Shown here: one piece after another, positions 22,337-34,898 of the stretch
How the letters are laid out: every line of letters begins with the position of its first letter
Numbering within the stretch: position 1 is the first letter of the stretch
Origin: Hyphomicrobiales bacterium
GTDB taxonomy: Bacteria; Pseudomonadota; Alphaproteobacteria; Rhizobiales; JAKPQE01
Assembly: GCA_041397845.1 (NCBI GenBank)
Contig: JAWKVW010000006.1
Span: forward strand, 6,061-70,060
Length of the DNA: 64,000 nucleotides
Direction of reading: 5' to 3'
Notes under the pieces: generated by a model
The model's input: the letters and a program-made list of their open reading frames with translations, nothing else
What the model was told of the DNA's origin: nothing
Databases searched by the model: none
Position numbers and translations under genes: made by a program

Positions 22337-23302
22337 ATGCCGCTTCTATCCGCTTCCGTCATGCGCACCGGCCGGATGCGCAACCAGATGCAGACCTGGC
22401 TCCTTGCCGGGGGCAGCCTCGTCCTGCTTGGCGCAACGGCAGCCGTTTTCGCCGGCGTGCCGGGGCTCGTTTCGGCGCTCATTGCCGGCGGCATCTCGAT
22501 TTACCTGACGACGCACCTGTCGCCGGCGCTGATCCTCAGGCTCTACAAGGCCCGGCCGATCGAGGCGGGCGAGTTCGCCGACGGCGTCCAGCTTGCCTCG
22601 GCGCTGGCGGTGCGCGCCGGCCTGCCGGCGGCGCCCCGGCTGTGGCTGGTGCACAGCCGGATGATGAACGCCTTCGCGGTCGGGCGGCCGGACGATGCGG
22701 CGCTCGTCGTCACCGACGGACTGCTCCGCGGGCTGACGCTGCGCGAGCTTGCCGGCGTCCTTGCCCATGAAATCAGCCACATCGCCAATGAGGACGTGAA
22801 GGTCATGGCGCTTGCCGACATGGTGAGCCGGATGACCAGCGTGATGTCGACGCTCGGCATTTTGACGCTGATCATCAACCTGCCGGCGATCTTCACCGGC
22901 TCGGCGACGGTTCCCTGGCTCGGCGTGGCGCTGCTCGTTGCCGCGCCGACGGTCGGCGGGCTGCTGCAACTGGCGCTGTCGCGGACGCGGGAATACGACG
23001 CGGACCTCTCCGCCGTGGCGCTGACCGACGACCCGTCGGGCCTTGCCTCGGCGCTTGCAAAACTCGAGCAGGCGCAGCGCCGGCTCTGGGAAGGCCTTGT
23101 TCTTCCCGGCGGGCGGCTGCCCGATCCCTCGCTGCTGCGGACCCATCCGGCGACGGAAGAGCGGATCGCGCGGCTCGAGGCGCTTGCCACCGAATCACGG
23201 CAGGGGCGCTATGACGACCGGCCGGTGGTCGTCGGCAAGAGCATCGTTCCGGCAGTCGGGCGCCCGCGAGTTCGTGTCAGATCGCTCGGCCTGTGGTATT
23301 GA
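22337..23302 (+). CDS. M48 family zinc metalloprotease, HtpX-like
   Basis: LRELAGVLAHEISHIANEDVKVMALADMVSRM (HExxH), ...LSRTREYDADLSAVALTDDPSGLASALAKLE..., RTHPATEERIARLEAL. Confidence 0.88.
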   Translation: MPLLSASVMRTGRMRNQMQTWLLAGGSLVLLGATAAVFAGVPGLVSALIAGGISIYLTTHLSPALILRLYKARPIEAGEFADGVQLASALAVRAGLPAAPRLWLVHSRMMNAFAVGRPDDAALVVTDGLLRGLTLRELAGVLAHEISHIANEDVKVMALADMVSRMTSVMSTLGILTLIINLPAIFTGSATVPWLGVALLVAAPTVGGLLQLALSRTREYDADLSAVALTDDPSGLASALAKLEQAQRRLWEGLVLPGGRLPDPSLLRTHPATEERIARLEALATESRQGRYDDRPVVVGKSIVPAVGRPRVRVRSLGLWY

Positions 23303-23407
23303 TGCAGTGCAGCACGGCTCCCGGCCCGGCTGCGGCTTCGCGAAAATGCCCTATCGACGGCGGCGCGCGGCACGCCATAATCAACCTGTTTGAAAAGGTG
23401 GAGCGCA

Positions 23408-24151
23408 ATGTCTGACACGAGACCGGCACTGGTTCTTACGGGCGCGAGCCGCGGCATCGGCCATGCGACCGTGAAGCGATTCTCGAAGGCCGGCTGGCGC
23501 GTCATCACCTGCTCGCGGCACCCGTTCTCGGACAAGTGTCCCTGGCCGATGGGGCCGGAAGATCACATCCAGGTCGATCTTTCCGATCCGGACAATCTCG
23601 GCGTCGCCGTTGCCGAGATCCGCAACCGGCTCGTGGCGCAGGGCGGCGAGCTGAAGGCGCTCGTCAACAATGCCGGCATCAGCCCGAAGAACGAGGACGG
23701 CCAGCGGCTCGATTCGCTGACGACGCCGATGCATGTCTGGCGGACGGTGTTCCAGGTCAATTTCTTTGCGCCGATCATGCTGGCGCGCGGCCTGTTTCGC
23801 GAGCTGAAGGCGGCCAAGGGCTCGGTCGTCAACGTCACCTCGATCGCCGGCGTGCGCGTGCATCCTTTCGCCGGCACGGCCTATGCCACCTCCAAGGCGG
23901 CGCTTGCGTCGCTGACGCGCGAGATGGCGGCGGACTTCGGCCCGCACGGCATTCGCGTCAACGCGATCGCACCGGGCGAAATCGATACCTCGATCCTGTC
24001 GCCGGGCACGGAGAAAATCGTCGAGGAAATCCCGCTGCGCCGTCTCGGCACGACCGACGAGGTCGCCGACACGATCTTCTATCTGTGCACCGAGGCGAGT
24101 TCCTACGTGACCGGCGCCGAAATCCATATCAATGGCGGCCAGCACGTCTGA
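23408..24151 (+). CDS. 3-ketoacyl-ACP reductase, SDR family
   Basis: ALVLTGASRGIGHATVKRF...LVNNAGISPKN...VNVTSIAGVRVHPFAGTAYATSKAALASLTREMAADFGPHGIRVNAIAPGEIDTSI...YVTGAEIHINGGQHV. Confidence 0.9.
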   Translation: MSDTRPALVLTGASRGIGHATVKRFSKAGWRVITCSRHPFSDKCPWPMGPEDHIQVDLSDPDNLGVAVAEIRNRLVAQGGELKALVNNAGISPKNEDGQRLDSLTTPMHVWRTVFQVNFFAPIMLARGLFRELKAAKGSVVNVTSIAGVRVHPFAGTAYATSKAALASLTREMAADFGPHGIRVNAIAPGEIDTSILSPGTEKIVEEIPLRRLGTTDEVADTIFYLCTEASSYVTGAEIHINGGQHV

Positions 24152-24183
24152 GGACTGCGGCGCGAACCTCCCGGTGCAGAATC

Positions 24184-24225
24184 AAAAAGGGCGCGACCCG
24201 CCGAGGCGGTCGCGCCCTTCTTTGT
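24184..24225. terminator. Rho-independent terminator between convergent genes
   Basis: AAGGGCGCGACC-cgccgaggc-GGTCGCGCCCTT, 12-bp stem with flanking A- and T-rich tracts. Confidence 0.85.
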
Positions 24226-24257
24226 TTCGAGAGCTGTCCGGGCTTGCCGCGCGCGGC

Positions 24258-24485
24258 TCACTGGAACGGGCAGGTTCCCGTGGCACAGCCGCCGCCCGGC
24301 ACGCCGCAACTGGCGAACTCGGCAGCGGACGTGCCGGAAGTCGCGCCGGCGATGGCCGGGGCGGTGATGAAAATCTGCTCGAGCGCGCCGCCGCAGGCCG
24401 GGCAGTCGGGCTTGTCGGCCGACATCGAGTGCTGGAGGCGATGCTGCTCGCCGCAGCCGGTGCAGCGATAGTCATAGGTCGGCAT
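24258..24485 (-). CDS. FmdB family zinc ribbon protein
   Basis: MPTYDYRCTGCGEQHRLQHSMSADKPDCPACGGALEQIF. Confidence 0.88.
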   Translation of the reverse strand: MPTYDYRCTGCGEQHRLQHSMSADKPDCPACGGALEQIFITAPAIAGATSGTSAAEFASCGVPGGGCATGTCPFQ

Positions 24486-24621
24486 GGAACTCACCTCGCC
24501 AATTCGTCTTTCGGTCTTTCCTTCGGGCCGGCTTTATCACAGCGCGCGCGAGCGTTGCAAACCGTTGCAGGCGGGCAGTTTGCCGCTGCGCCGCCAGTGT
24601 TCGGGCGCGCCTTTGCGGCCG

Positions 24622-25857
24622 CTATCGTGCCGCGCCCGGATGGCGCCAATCGCTGTAATGCTCGGCGATGGCGCGAAACATCGCGATGTTTTCCTGCTTG
24701 ATGACGTGACCGTCATGGCCGTCGGCGCGGAAATTGCGGTCGGCGGCGGTCTTGACGACGACGATGCGCGCCTTCGGGTTGATGTAGATGTACTGGCCGT
24801 AGATGCCGACCGCGTAGAACTCGCCGTCGGGCTCGGTCGGCACCCACCACTGGTAGCCGTAGCCGAAGACGTCGTTCTGATTGACCGTCGGCGGGGCGTT
24901 CGGCGTCGTCGAATCGCGGACCCAGCCGGCCGGCACCAGCTCCTCGCCCTGCCAGCGGCCGCCGTCGAGGAAGAGCTGGCCGACGCGGGCATAGTCGCGG
25001 GTGGTCATCGCGAGACCGCCGAGGACGAAGGCGACGCCGTAGCCGTCGGTGAGATAATAGGTGCCGGGGCCGGCGCCGAGCTTCGTCCAGAGCTTCTCCG
25101 AGAGGTAGTCCGGCACGCGCTTGCCGGTCGCGGCGCGCAGCACCATGCCGAGAATATGGGTGTCAATCGAGACGTACTGGCGGGCGAGGCCGGCCGGCCG
25201 CTCGCGCGCCTTCAGCTCGGCGGCAAAGGCATCCATCGACTTGCCGAGCGCCAGCACGCGTCCCATGCGGTTGATGTCGCTGTTGAAATCCAGATAGTCC
25301 TCGTTGAAGGCGACGCCGCTTGCCATGTTGAGGACATTGCGGATGGAAACGCCGTCATAGGCGCCGCCCTTCAGGGCCGGCACGTAGTCGGCGACATTGG
25401 CGTCGAGCGAGGAAATCGCGCCCTCGCCGATGGCAATGCCGAAGAGGGCGGAGAGCACGGATTTCGCCATCGACCATGAAATCCGCCGGTCGTCCGGTCC
25501 GGTGCCAAGGAAGTAGTCCTCGGCGACGATGTTGCCGTCATGGACGACGAGAAGCGAGGTGGTCGATGCCTTCGCCAGCGCTTCGGCCAGCGGCTTTTGC
25601 TCACCCTGCCAGACATAGGCTTGCGGCAGCGGCTGCAGGGCAACCGGCCAGGGCGCGGCGCTTCCGGCGCCCTTGACCGGCGTCGAGAGGAAGATGTCGT
25701 CCATGTGCGAGAAATTGTGGACGATGGTGCCGGCATCGAAGAGCGTCGTCACATGATAGAGCCGGATGACGCGGTCGCGGTTCCAGACGAGGGCGACAAG
25801 GACCACCAGAACGAGGACGGCCACGGTTCGCAGCGCGAATTTCACCGATCGTGACAT
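24622..25857 (-). CDS. Serine hydrolase, beta-lactamase/class C family
   Basis: ISWSMAKSVLSALFGIAIGEGAI (SxxK), DANVADYVPALKGGAYDGVSIRNVLNMASG, GYGYQWWVPTEPDGEFYAVGIYGQYIYINP. Confidence 0.88.
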   Translation of the reverse strand: MSRSVKFALRTVAVLVLVVLVALVWNRDRVIRLYHVTTLFDAGTIVHNFSHMDDIFLSTPVKGAGSAAPWPVALQPLPQAYVWQGEQKPLAEALAKASTTSLLVVHDGNIVAEDYFLGTGPDDRRISWSMAKSVLSALFGIAIGEGAISSLDANVADYVPALKGGAYDGVSIRNVLNMASGVAFNEDYLDFNSDINRMGRVLALGKSMDAFAAELKARERPAGLARQYVSIDTHILGMVLRAATGKRVPDYLSEKLWTKLGAGPGTYYLTDGYGVAFVLGGLAMTTRDYARVGQLFLDGGRWQGEELVPAGWVRDSTTPNAPPTVNQNDVFGYGYQWWVPTEPDGEFYAVGIYGQYIYINPKARIVVVKTAADRNFRADGHDGHVIKQENIAMFRAIAEHYSDWRHPGAAR

Positions 25858-26109
25858 CTGTTCCGCCCGGCCGGCCGGACGCCTCCCCTGGCGCAAGCCA
25901 TTGCCATTGCAGGCCGGCCGGCGCGCGCTCGTTTCGTCGTGGCGATTGTCGCCGTTTCGGGCGCCGGCGCAACCGCCTTCGCGATTCGCCGCTGATTCGC
26001 ATCGGCAGGTCCGCCAGAAACGCGAAAGCCGCCTTGCGGCGGCTTGTCGGGAGTTCTTTGATTTTTGGTCTTTGCTATTTCAGCCCGCCATTTCGGCGAG
26101 AGAAGGAAC

Positions 26110-26185
<76 letters not shown>

Positions 26186-26359
26186 AGTAGTCCCTGCGAT
26201 GGCTGGCCGGTCCGTTTCCGGTTCGGTTGGCCCCCGCGGCGGAGCGGGACAATAGGGGTCCCTTCTCCGATAATCAACACCTAAAATCGCATTTTCTGCG
26301 ATGCGGCAAAGCCGGCGCGGTGCGACGCCGACACAGCGAGCCGAACGGCTCGCCGGCCG

Positions 26360-26776
26360 TCAGTTTTCTTCGTCCTCGTCGACATCGCCGATCAGATCGG
26401 AGACGTCGTCGTCCTCGTCGTCCTCGAGGAAAACGGCTTCCTCGTCGTCGTCTTCGAGCTCGGTCTCCTCGTCCTCGTCTTCATCGACGTTGGGCGAGGC
26501 GCCGCGATCGGTGCTCTCCTCGTCATCCTCGACTTCCTCGAGGGAGACAAGCTCGGCATCCGTCTCTTCGTTCTCGTCTTCGTTCTCGACCTCCTCCTTG
26601 CGCGGACGGGCCGTTTCCGGCCGCACACGCGAGGTCTCGGGACGAGCCTTCGCGACCTCCAGAAGCTCGAACACCGTGCCGCATTTCGGGCACAGGATCG
26701 GCGACCGGTTCAGATCGTAGTATTTCGCACCACAGCCGGAACAAATCCGCTTGGTTCCAAGGTCCGTTTTTGCCAC
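26360..26776 (-). CDS. TIGR02300 (FYDLN acid domain) family protein, GTG start
   Basis: AKTDLGTKRICSGCGAKYYDLNRSPILCPKCGTVFE followed by a long Glu/Asp tail. Confidence 0.9.
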   Translation of the reverse strand: MAKTDLGTKRICSGCGAKYYDLNRSPILCPKCGTVFELLEVAKARPETSRVRPETARPRKEEVENEDENEETDAELVSLEEVEDDEESTDRGASPNVDEDEDEETELEDDDEEAVFLEDDEDDDVSDLIGDVDEDEEN

Positions 26777-26961
26777 GGTTCCGCCTCTTGATGATGATCC
26801 CGCAGACAAGCAATCGGGCGCTCCATAGACTGTGGATCGATCGCTGTCAAAGCGTTTGGCGCGGTTTTTTGTCAGTTCTCCGCAGAGCTCGTGTTCCTTG
26901 GGTGAATCCTTGGCAAATCAGCGGCCGCTGCGCGGATGACGGACGGGGCGGGCTGTGTTAG

Positions 26962-29060
<2,099 letters not shown>

Positions 29061-29075
29061 TCCGGAGTATCCAGC

Positions 29076-29855
29076 ATGACCCTCAAGGCGCGTGTGATCC
29101 CCTGCCTCGACGTCAAGGACGGCCGCGTCGTCAAGGGCGTCAACTTCGTCGACCTGCGCGACGCCGGCGATCCGGTCGAGGCGGCGAAAGCCTATGACGC
29201 GGCCGGCGCCGACGAACTCTGCTTTCTCGACATCACGGCAAGCCACGAGAATCGCGGCATCATTCTCGACGTCGTCCGGCGCACGGCCGAGGAATGCTTC
29301 ATGCCGGTAACGGTCGGCGGCGGGGTGCGCACCCTTGACGACATCCGGGCGCTGCTCAATGCCGGCGCCGACAAGGTGTCGATCAACACAGCGGCAGTGC
29401 ACGACCGCGATTTCGTGCGCCGGGCGGCCGAGAAATTCGGCAGCCAGTGCATCGTCGTCGCCATCGACGCCAAGCGCGTCTCGGCGCCGGGCGAGGCGGA
29501 CCGCTGGGAAATCTTCACCCATGGCGGGCGCAAGCCGACCGGCATCGATGCCATCGACTATGCCCGCGAGGTGGTGGCGCTCGGAGCCGGCGAGATCCTG
29601 CTCACCTCGATGGATCGCGACGGCACCAAGCAGGGCTTCGACGTGACGCTGACGCGGGCGATCGCCGATGCGGTCGAGGTGCCGCTGATTGCCAGCGGCG
29701 GCGTCGGCACGCTCGACCATCTCGTCGCCGGCGTGCGCGACGGCCATGCAACGGCGGTGCTGGCCGCCTCGATCTTCCATTTCGGCGAATATTCGATCCG
29801 CGAGGCGAAGGAACACATGGCGGCGGCGGGCGTCGAGGTTCGCCTCGACGCGTGA
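29076..29855 (+). CDS. hisF: Imidazole glycerol phosphate synthase subunit HisF
   Basis: [60 protein letters not shown]. Confidence 0.96.
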   Translation: MTLKARVIPCLDVKDGRVVKGVNFVDLRDAGDPVEAAKAYDAAGADELCFLDITASHENRGIILDVVRRTAEECFMPVTVGGGVRTLDDIRALLNAGADKVSINTAAVHDRDFVRRAAEKFGSQCIVVAIDAKRVSAPGEADRWEIFTHGGRKPTGIDAIDYAREVVALGAGEILLTSMDRDGTKQGFDVTLTRAIADAVEVPLIASGGVGTLDHLVAGVRDGHATAVLAASIFHFGEYSIREAKEHMAAAGVEVRLDA

Positions 29856-29895
29856 GCGGGCGGCATCAGCGGGTTCCTGAAGAAAGCGAGACGAG

Positions 29896-30219
29896 ATGAG
29901 CGGCTTTTCCCTTGAGACGCTGGCGGCAACGATCGTGGCGCGGGCGCACAGCGACGACGAGGGCTCGTATACGCGCAAGCTCTTCAACAAGGGCGCGGCG
30001 CGCTGCGCCAAGAAATTCGGCGAGGAAGCCTTCGAGCTGGCGATCGCGACGGCCGAGGGCAAGACCGACGAGATCCGCGCCGAGGCGGCGGACGTGCTCT
30101 ATCATCTGCTGGTGCTGCTGGAGGCGAGCGGGGTCTCCTATGCCTCCGTCGTCGAGGAGCTTGCCGGGCGAACCGGCCAGACGGGACTTCAGGAAAAGGC
30201 CTCCCGGCCAAAAGGCTGA
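29896..30219 (+). CDS. hisE: Phosphoribosyl-ATP diphosphatase
   Basis: SYTRKLFNKGAARCAKKFGEEAFELAIATAEGKTDEIRAEAADVLYHLLVLLEASGVS. Confidence 0.92.
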   Translation: MSGFSLETLAATIVARAHSDDEGSYTRKLFNKGAARCAKKFGEEAFELAIATAEGKTDEIRAEAADVLYHLLVLLEASGVSYASVVEELAGRTGQTGLQEKASRPKG

Positions 30220-30297
30220 TACCCAACCCGGCCGGATTGCGGCAAATATGTGACGCCGGCCAACAGGAGCCGCAACACGCGGCACGACAAGCGTTTC

Positions 30298-31251
30298 ATG
30301 GATCAGCAGGCGCAGACCGAGATTTCGCCCTACCGGGTCTTCTCCAGGGACGAGTGGAGCGCGCTTCGCGCCGATGCACCGCTTACCCTGACGGAGGCGG
30401 AGATCGCCGCGTTGCAGGGCCTCAACGACCCGGTGTCGCTCGACGACGTCGTGCAGATCTACCTGCCGCTGTCCCGCCTCCTGTCGCTTTATGTCGCGGC
30501 GACGCAGGGCCTGTTCAACGCGACCCGCACCTTCCTTGGCGCGACCGACGGCAAGGTGCCGTACATCATCGGCATCGCCGGCTCGGTCGCCGTCGGCAAG
30601 TCGACGACGTCGCGCGTGCTGAAGGCGCTGCTGGCGCGCTGGCCGAACACGCCGAAGGTCGATCTCGTGACGACCGACGGCTTCCTCTTTCCGAATGCCG
30701 AGCTCGAGCGGCGCGGACTGATGAACCGCAAGGGCTTTCCGGAAAGCTTCGACGTCACCGCGCTGCTGAAGTTCCTTGCCGAGATCAAGAGCGGCAAGCG
30801 CGGCGTCACGGCGCCGGTCTATTCGCATCTCGTCTATGACATCGTGCCGGGCGAGGCGGTCACCGTCGACCGGCCGGACATCCTCATCGTCGAGGGCCTC
30901 AACGTGCTGCAGCCGCGCCGGCTGCCGGTCGACGGGCGCGGCGTGCCGTTCGTCTCGGACTTCTTCGACTTCAAGATCTACATCGATGCCGACGAAGACC
31001 TGATCCGCAAGTGGTACATCCAGCGGTTCATGCGGCTGCGCGAGACGGCCTTCCGCGACCCGAAATCCTATTTCCACCGCTATGCCTCGCTCTCGGACGC
31101 AGAGGCCAAGGAAACGGCGACACGGATCTGGAAGACGATCAACCACGTCAACCTCATCAACAACATCCTGCCGACGCGGCCGCGGGCCGATCTCATCCTG
31201 ACCAAGGCCGAAACGCACGGCGTCGAGACGGTGGCGCTCCGGCGCCTCTAG
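30298..31251 (+). CDS. coaA: Type I pantothenate kinase
   Basis: [66 protein letters not shown]. Confidence 0.95.
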   Translation: MDQQAQTEISPYRVFSRDEWSALRADAPLTLTEAEIAALQGLNDPVSLDDVVQIYLPLSRLLSLYVAATQGLFNATRTFLGATDGKVPYIIGIAGSVAVGKSTTSRVLKALLARWPNTPKVDLVTTDGFLFPNAELERRGLMNRKGFPESFDVTALLKFLAEIKSGKRGVTAPVYSHLVYDIVPGEAVTVDRPDILIVEGLNVLQPRRLPVDGRGVPFVSDFFDFKIYIDADEDLIRKWYIQRFMRLRETAFRDPKSYFHRYASLSDAEAKETATRIWKTINHVNLINNILPTRPRADLILTKAETHGVETVALRRL

Positions 31252-31382
31252 CGGCCCTCACCCTTCTCCAGCGGTGGCGGGACGGCGCGGAATGGCGGCG
31301 TCCACTTTTCGGCAAGGCGCCCGGATGCTATCGGGGCGAAACGCGGCGTCCCCGGGCGATCATCAGCAACCAAGCGGCGGCC

Positions 31383-32057
31383 ATGTATCTCGTTCTTTTC
31401 GATTGCGACGGCACCATCGTCGACAGCCAGCACATGATCGTCGAGGCGATGGCCCGGGCGTTCGGGCGGCACGGCCTTGCGGCGCCGGCGCGGGCGGCCG
31501 TCGTCGACGTCATCGGCCTGTCGCTGCCGGTCGCCATCGCCCGGCTCCTGCCGGAGGGCTCGGCGGTGGCGGCCGACGACATCGTCGAGAGCTACAAGGC
31601 GGGCTATTTCGAGATGCGTTCGGACCCGGTGCACCGGGAGATGCTGTTTCCCGGCGCGCGCGAGGCGATCGAGGCGCTTGGCCGGCGCGCCGACGTCCTT
31701 CTCGGGGTCGCGACCGGCAAATCGCAGCGCGGCGTGCGCTCGCTCTTTGCGGCGACCGGGCTCGGCCATCATTTCACGACGATCCAGACCGCCGACGATG
31801 CGCCCTCGAAGCCGCATCCGGGCATGGTCCACCAGGCGGTCGCGGAAACCGGCGTTGCGATGAAAAACGTGGTGGTCGTCGGCGACACCAGCTACGACAT
31901 GGAAATGGCGGCGGCGGCCGGGGCGACCGGGATCGGCGTTGCCTGGGGCTATCATCCGCCGGCGGTGCTCGAGAGCGCCGGCGCGGCGCGGATCATCGCG
32001 CGGTTCGACGAACTCGTGCCATTGCTCGAGCACTCGTTCTTTGTGGAAGGTCAGTGA
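31383..32057 (+). CDS. HAD-IA family hydrolase (phosphoglycolate phosphatase-like)
   Basis: MYLVLFDCDGTIVDSQHMIVEAMARAFGRHG...GVATGKSQRG...VVVVGDTSYDMEMAAAAGATGIGVAWGYH. Confidence 0.9.
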   Translation: MYLVLFDCDGTIVDSQHMIVEAMARAFGRHGLAAPARAAVVDVIGLSLPVAIARLLPEGSAVAADDIVESYKAGYFEMRSDPVHREMLFPGAREAIEALGRRADVLLGVATGKSQRGVRSLFAATGLGHHFTTIQTADDAPSKPHPGMVHQAVAETGVAMKNVVVVGDTSYDMEMAAAAGATGIGVAWGYHPPAVLESAGAARIIARFDELVPLLEHSFFVEGQ

Positions 32058-32854
32058 TGCGCGAGCTTTTCGAAATCCCCGAGCAGGAAGCCGATCCGGT
32101 CAAGCGGGCGCAGGCGCATGCGCGACGGGCACTGCCGAAGCGCTTCTACACGGAAGCCGGCACGGCCGAAACGGAAGCGGGGCATGCCGTGGCGCTCGAC
32201 GGGCGCATCGCCCATACGCCGGCAAAGCGGCCGCTGGCCTTTGCCAATGCCGCGCTCGCGGCAGCAGTCGCGGCCGAATGGGCGGCCCAGGGCGACCTCA
32301 TCGATCCGGCGACGATGCCACTGACGAAGCTTGCCAATTCGGCACTCGACGGGGTTGCCGCCGGGATGGAGGAAGTCGCGGCCGAGATCGCCCGGTATGG
32401 CGGCACGGACCTCATCTGCTACCGGGCCGAGGAGCCCGACACGCTGATCGCGCGGCAGAACCAGCACTGGGACCCGCTCGTTGCCTTTGCCGCCGAGCGG
32501 CTCGGGGCGCGGCTGAAGCTCGGCGCCGGCATCATGCATGTCGAGCAGGACGAGGACACGCTCGCGGCCATTCACAGTGCCGTCGACGAAGCGGCGATGG
32601 ACAGCCCCCTTCGGCTCGCGGCGCTGCATGTCATCACGACGCTGACCGGCTCGGCGGTGATTGCCCTTGCCTTTGCTGCCGGCGCCATCGACGAGACGGT
32701 CGCCTGGACGGCGGCGCATGTCGACGAGGACCATCAGGCCGAAACCTGGGGTGTCGACAGCGAGGCGATGGCGCGCCGGCGGGCGCGGGCCGAGGAAATG
32801 GCTGCGGCCGTCACGCTGTTCCGGCTGGCGCTGCCGCCCGAGACGGCCGCCTGA
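32057..32854 (+). CDS. ATP12 family F1-ATPase assembly chaperone
   Basis: RALPKRFYTEAGTAE...VALDGRIAHTPAKRPLAF...AAEWAAQGDLIDPATMPLTKLANSALDG...GTDLICYRAEEPDTLIARQNQHWDPLVAFAA; start overlaps previous stop by 1 nt. Confidence 0.92.
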   Translation: MRELFEIPEQEADPVKRAQAHARRALPKRFYTEAGTAETEAGHAVALDGRIAHTPAKRPLAFANAALAAAVAAEWAAQGDLIDPATMPLTKLANSALDGVAAGMEEVAAEIARYGGTDLICYRAEEPDTLIARQNQHWDPLVAFAAERLGARLKLGAGIMHVEQDEDTLAAIHSAVDEAAMDSPLRLAALHVITTLTGSAVIALAFAAGAIDETVAWTAAHVDEDHQAETWGVDSEAMARRRARAEEMAAAVTLFRLALPPETAA

Positions 32855-32880
32855 TCCACCCAAAACCGGGTGGCGCAGGC

Positions 32881-34236
32881 TCAGGCGCGCGGCAGGACCA
32901 CTGTCGCGGCAAGGCCGCCCGTATCGGCGGTGCCCAGTTCCAGCCGGCCGCCATAGGCCGCCAGAACATCGATGACGATTGCAAGGCCGAGGCCGGCGCC
33001 GCCGCCGGTGTCGAGCCGGCCGCCGCGCTCGAGGACGCGGACGCGGTCGGCTTCGGCAATCCCCGGCCCGTCGTCAGCGACGGTCAGGCGCAGGCTCGCC
33101 GGGTCGGAGCGATCGACCGTGACGGTGATGCACCCGGCGGCAAAGCGGGCGGCATTGTCGAGCAGGTTGCCGAACACTTCGGCAAGGTCCTCCCGATCGA
33201 CCGGCACGCCGAGACTGGCCGGCACATCCAGATCGAAGGTGACGCGCTCGCCGACCGGCGTGCGCTTCAGCGTCGCGACCAGCCGTTCGAGCAGGCCGGC
33301 AAGAGACGTCAGTTCGACGCCACCGCCGGCACGGCCGCGAATGCGGGCGCGGGCGAGCTCGCGCTCGACATGGCGGTACATGGTATTGCCGAGCTCCTCG
33401 ATATCATCGGCAAGGGCGGCCTCGCCCTTCTCGCGCAGACGGCGGGCGTCGGCAGCAAGGGCGGCAAGCGGTGTCCGCAGGCCGTGGGCAAGGTCGGCGG
33501 CGCGGCCGCGCGCCTCGCGAATGGTGGTGTCACGGGCCTCGAGCAGGGCGTTCACCTCGCGCACCAGCGGCACGACCTCATCGGGTACGTCATCGAGCAG
33601 GCGCGACTTGGCACCGGAGCGCACGGCGGCGACGCGGCGGCCGATATCGGCGATCGGCCCAAGGCCGATGCGGACCTGGAGCCAGCCGGCAACGAGGAGC
33701 ACCGTCGCAAGAAGGGCAAGCGCCGGGACGAGATCGCGCAGGAAGTCGGCCGTTGCCTCGGCAACCTCCGTCTCGTCGACGGCGACCACCAGATGCAGCC
33801 AGCGGGCGGCGTCGCCCTCGCCGGCGCGAATGTCCCTTGCCACGGCGATGAGACGGGCGCCGTTCGGCCCTGGCAGCCGATAGCGGCGCAAGGCGGCAGC
33901 GTCGCCTTCTCCCCCGGGCACGGCAATGACCGCGTCCCAGAGCGAGCGGGAGCGGAGCATGTGGCCGGCATCATCTCCGACCTGCCAGTAGAAGCCGCCG
34001 AGCGGCACGTCGAAAGCCGGATCGACCGGCCCGTCGACAAGGGTGATGGTGCCGTCGGTCGCGACCGCGACATTGGCGGCAAGCTCGCGCATGTGGTCGA
34101 GCAGTTCGGCCTCGACGCGCCGGGTGACGTGGCGCTCGAAAAGGATGGTCAGGCCGAGGGCGGCGACCGCCAGGGCGACGAGGACGACGATGCCGCCGCC
34201 CAGAAGCAGGCGGAGGCGGAGCGAGCCGCGCGTCAC
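32881..34236 (-). CDS. Sensor histidine kinase
   Basis: [30 protein letters not shown] (H box), VFGNLLDNAARFA (N box), VADDGPGIAEADR, GGAGLGLAIVIDVLAAYGG. Confidence 0.93.
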   Translation of the reverse strand: MTRGSLRLRLLLGGGIVVLVALAVAALGLTILFERHVTRRVEAELLDHMRELAANVAVATDGTITLVDGPVDPAFDVPLGGFYWQVGDDAGHMLRSRSLWDAVIAVPGGEGDAAALRRYRLPGPNGARLIAVARDIRAGEGDAARWLHLVVAVDETEVAEATADFLRDLVPALALLATVLLVAGWLQVRIGLGPIADIGRRVAAVRSGAKSRLLDDVPDEVVPLVREVNALLEARDTTIREARGRAADLAHGLRTPLAALAADARRLREKGEAALADDIEELGNTMYRHVERELARARIRGRAGGGVELTSLAGLLERLVATLKRTPVGERVTFDLDVPASLGVPVDREDLAEVFGNLLDNAARFAAGCITVTVDRSDPASLRLTVADDGPGIAEADRVRVLERGGRLDTGGGAGLGLAIVIDVLAAYGGRLELGTADTGGLAATVVLPRA

Positions 34237-34898
34237 GCGCCATCCTCCGGCACGAGGTAGCCGAAGCCGCGCCGGGTCTCGATGCGGCCGGCGCCGACCT
34301 TGCGGCGGACGCGGCCGATCAGCACCTCAAGGGCGTTGGCGTCGCGGGCGTCCTCGTCGCCATAGACGTGCTCGAGCAGCTCGGCCTGCGGCACGACGCG
34401 GCCGCGGTTGAGCATCAGGAAGGCGAGCAGCCGGTATTCAAGGGCGGTCAGGGAAACGGGCACGCCGGAAATGGCGACGCGCATCTGGCGCTCGTCGAGC
34501 ACGAGATCGCCGACGGCATGGCGCGAGGACGCCTGGCCGGCGGAGCGGCGGACGATGGCACGCAGCCGGGCGAGCAGTTCCTCGATGCGGAAGGGTTTCG
34601 GCAAATAGTCGTCGGCGCCGGCATCGATGCCCTCGACGCGCTCGGCCCAACTGCCGCGGGCGGTCAGGACAAGCACAGGCGTCGTGCGGCCGTTGTCGCG
34701 CCACCGCTTCAGGATGGCGAGCCCGTCCATGCCGGGCAGGCCGAGATCGAGGACAATGGCGCCGTAATCCTCGGTGTCGCCGCGAAACCAGGCGTCCTCG
34801 CCCTCGCTCGCGGTCTCGACGACATAGCCGGCCGCGACGAGGGCGCGGACGATGTCGTCGCGGATCCGGGCATCGTCCTCGACGACCAGCACGCGCAT
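34233..34898 (-). CDS. Response regulator transcription factor, OmpR/PhoP family
   Basis: MRVLVVEDDARIRDDIVRALVAAGYVVETASEGEDAWF...AIVLDLGLPGMDGLAILKRWR...VLVLTARGSW...GADDYLPKPFRIEELLARLRA. Confidence 0.95.
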   Translation of the reverse strand: MRVLVVEDDARIRDDIVRALVAAGYVVETASEGEDAWFRGDTEDYGAIVLDLGLPGMDGLAILKRWRDNGRTTPVLVLTARGSWAERVEGIDAGADDYLPKPFRIEELLARLRAIVRRSAGQASSRHAVGDLVLDERQMRVAISGVPVSLTALEYRLLAFLMLNRGRVVPQAELLEHVYGDEDARDANALEVLIGRVRRKVGAGRIETRRGFGYLVPEDGA

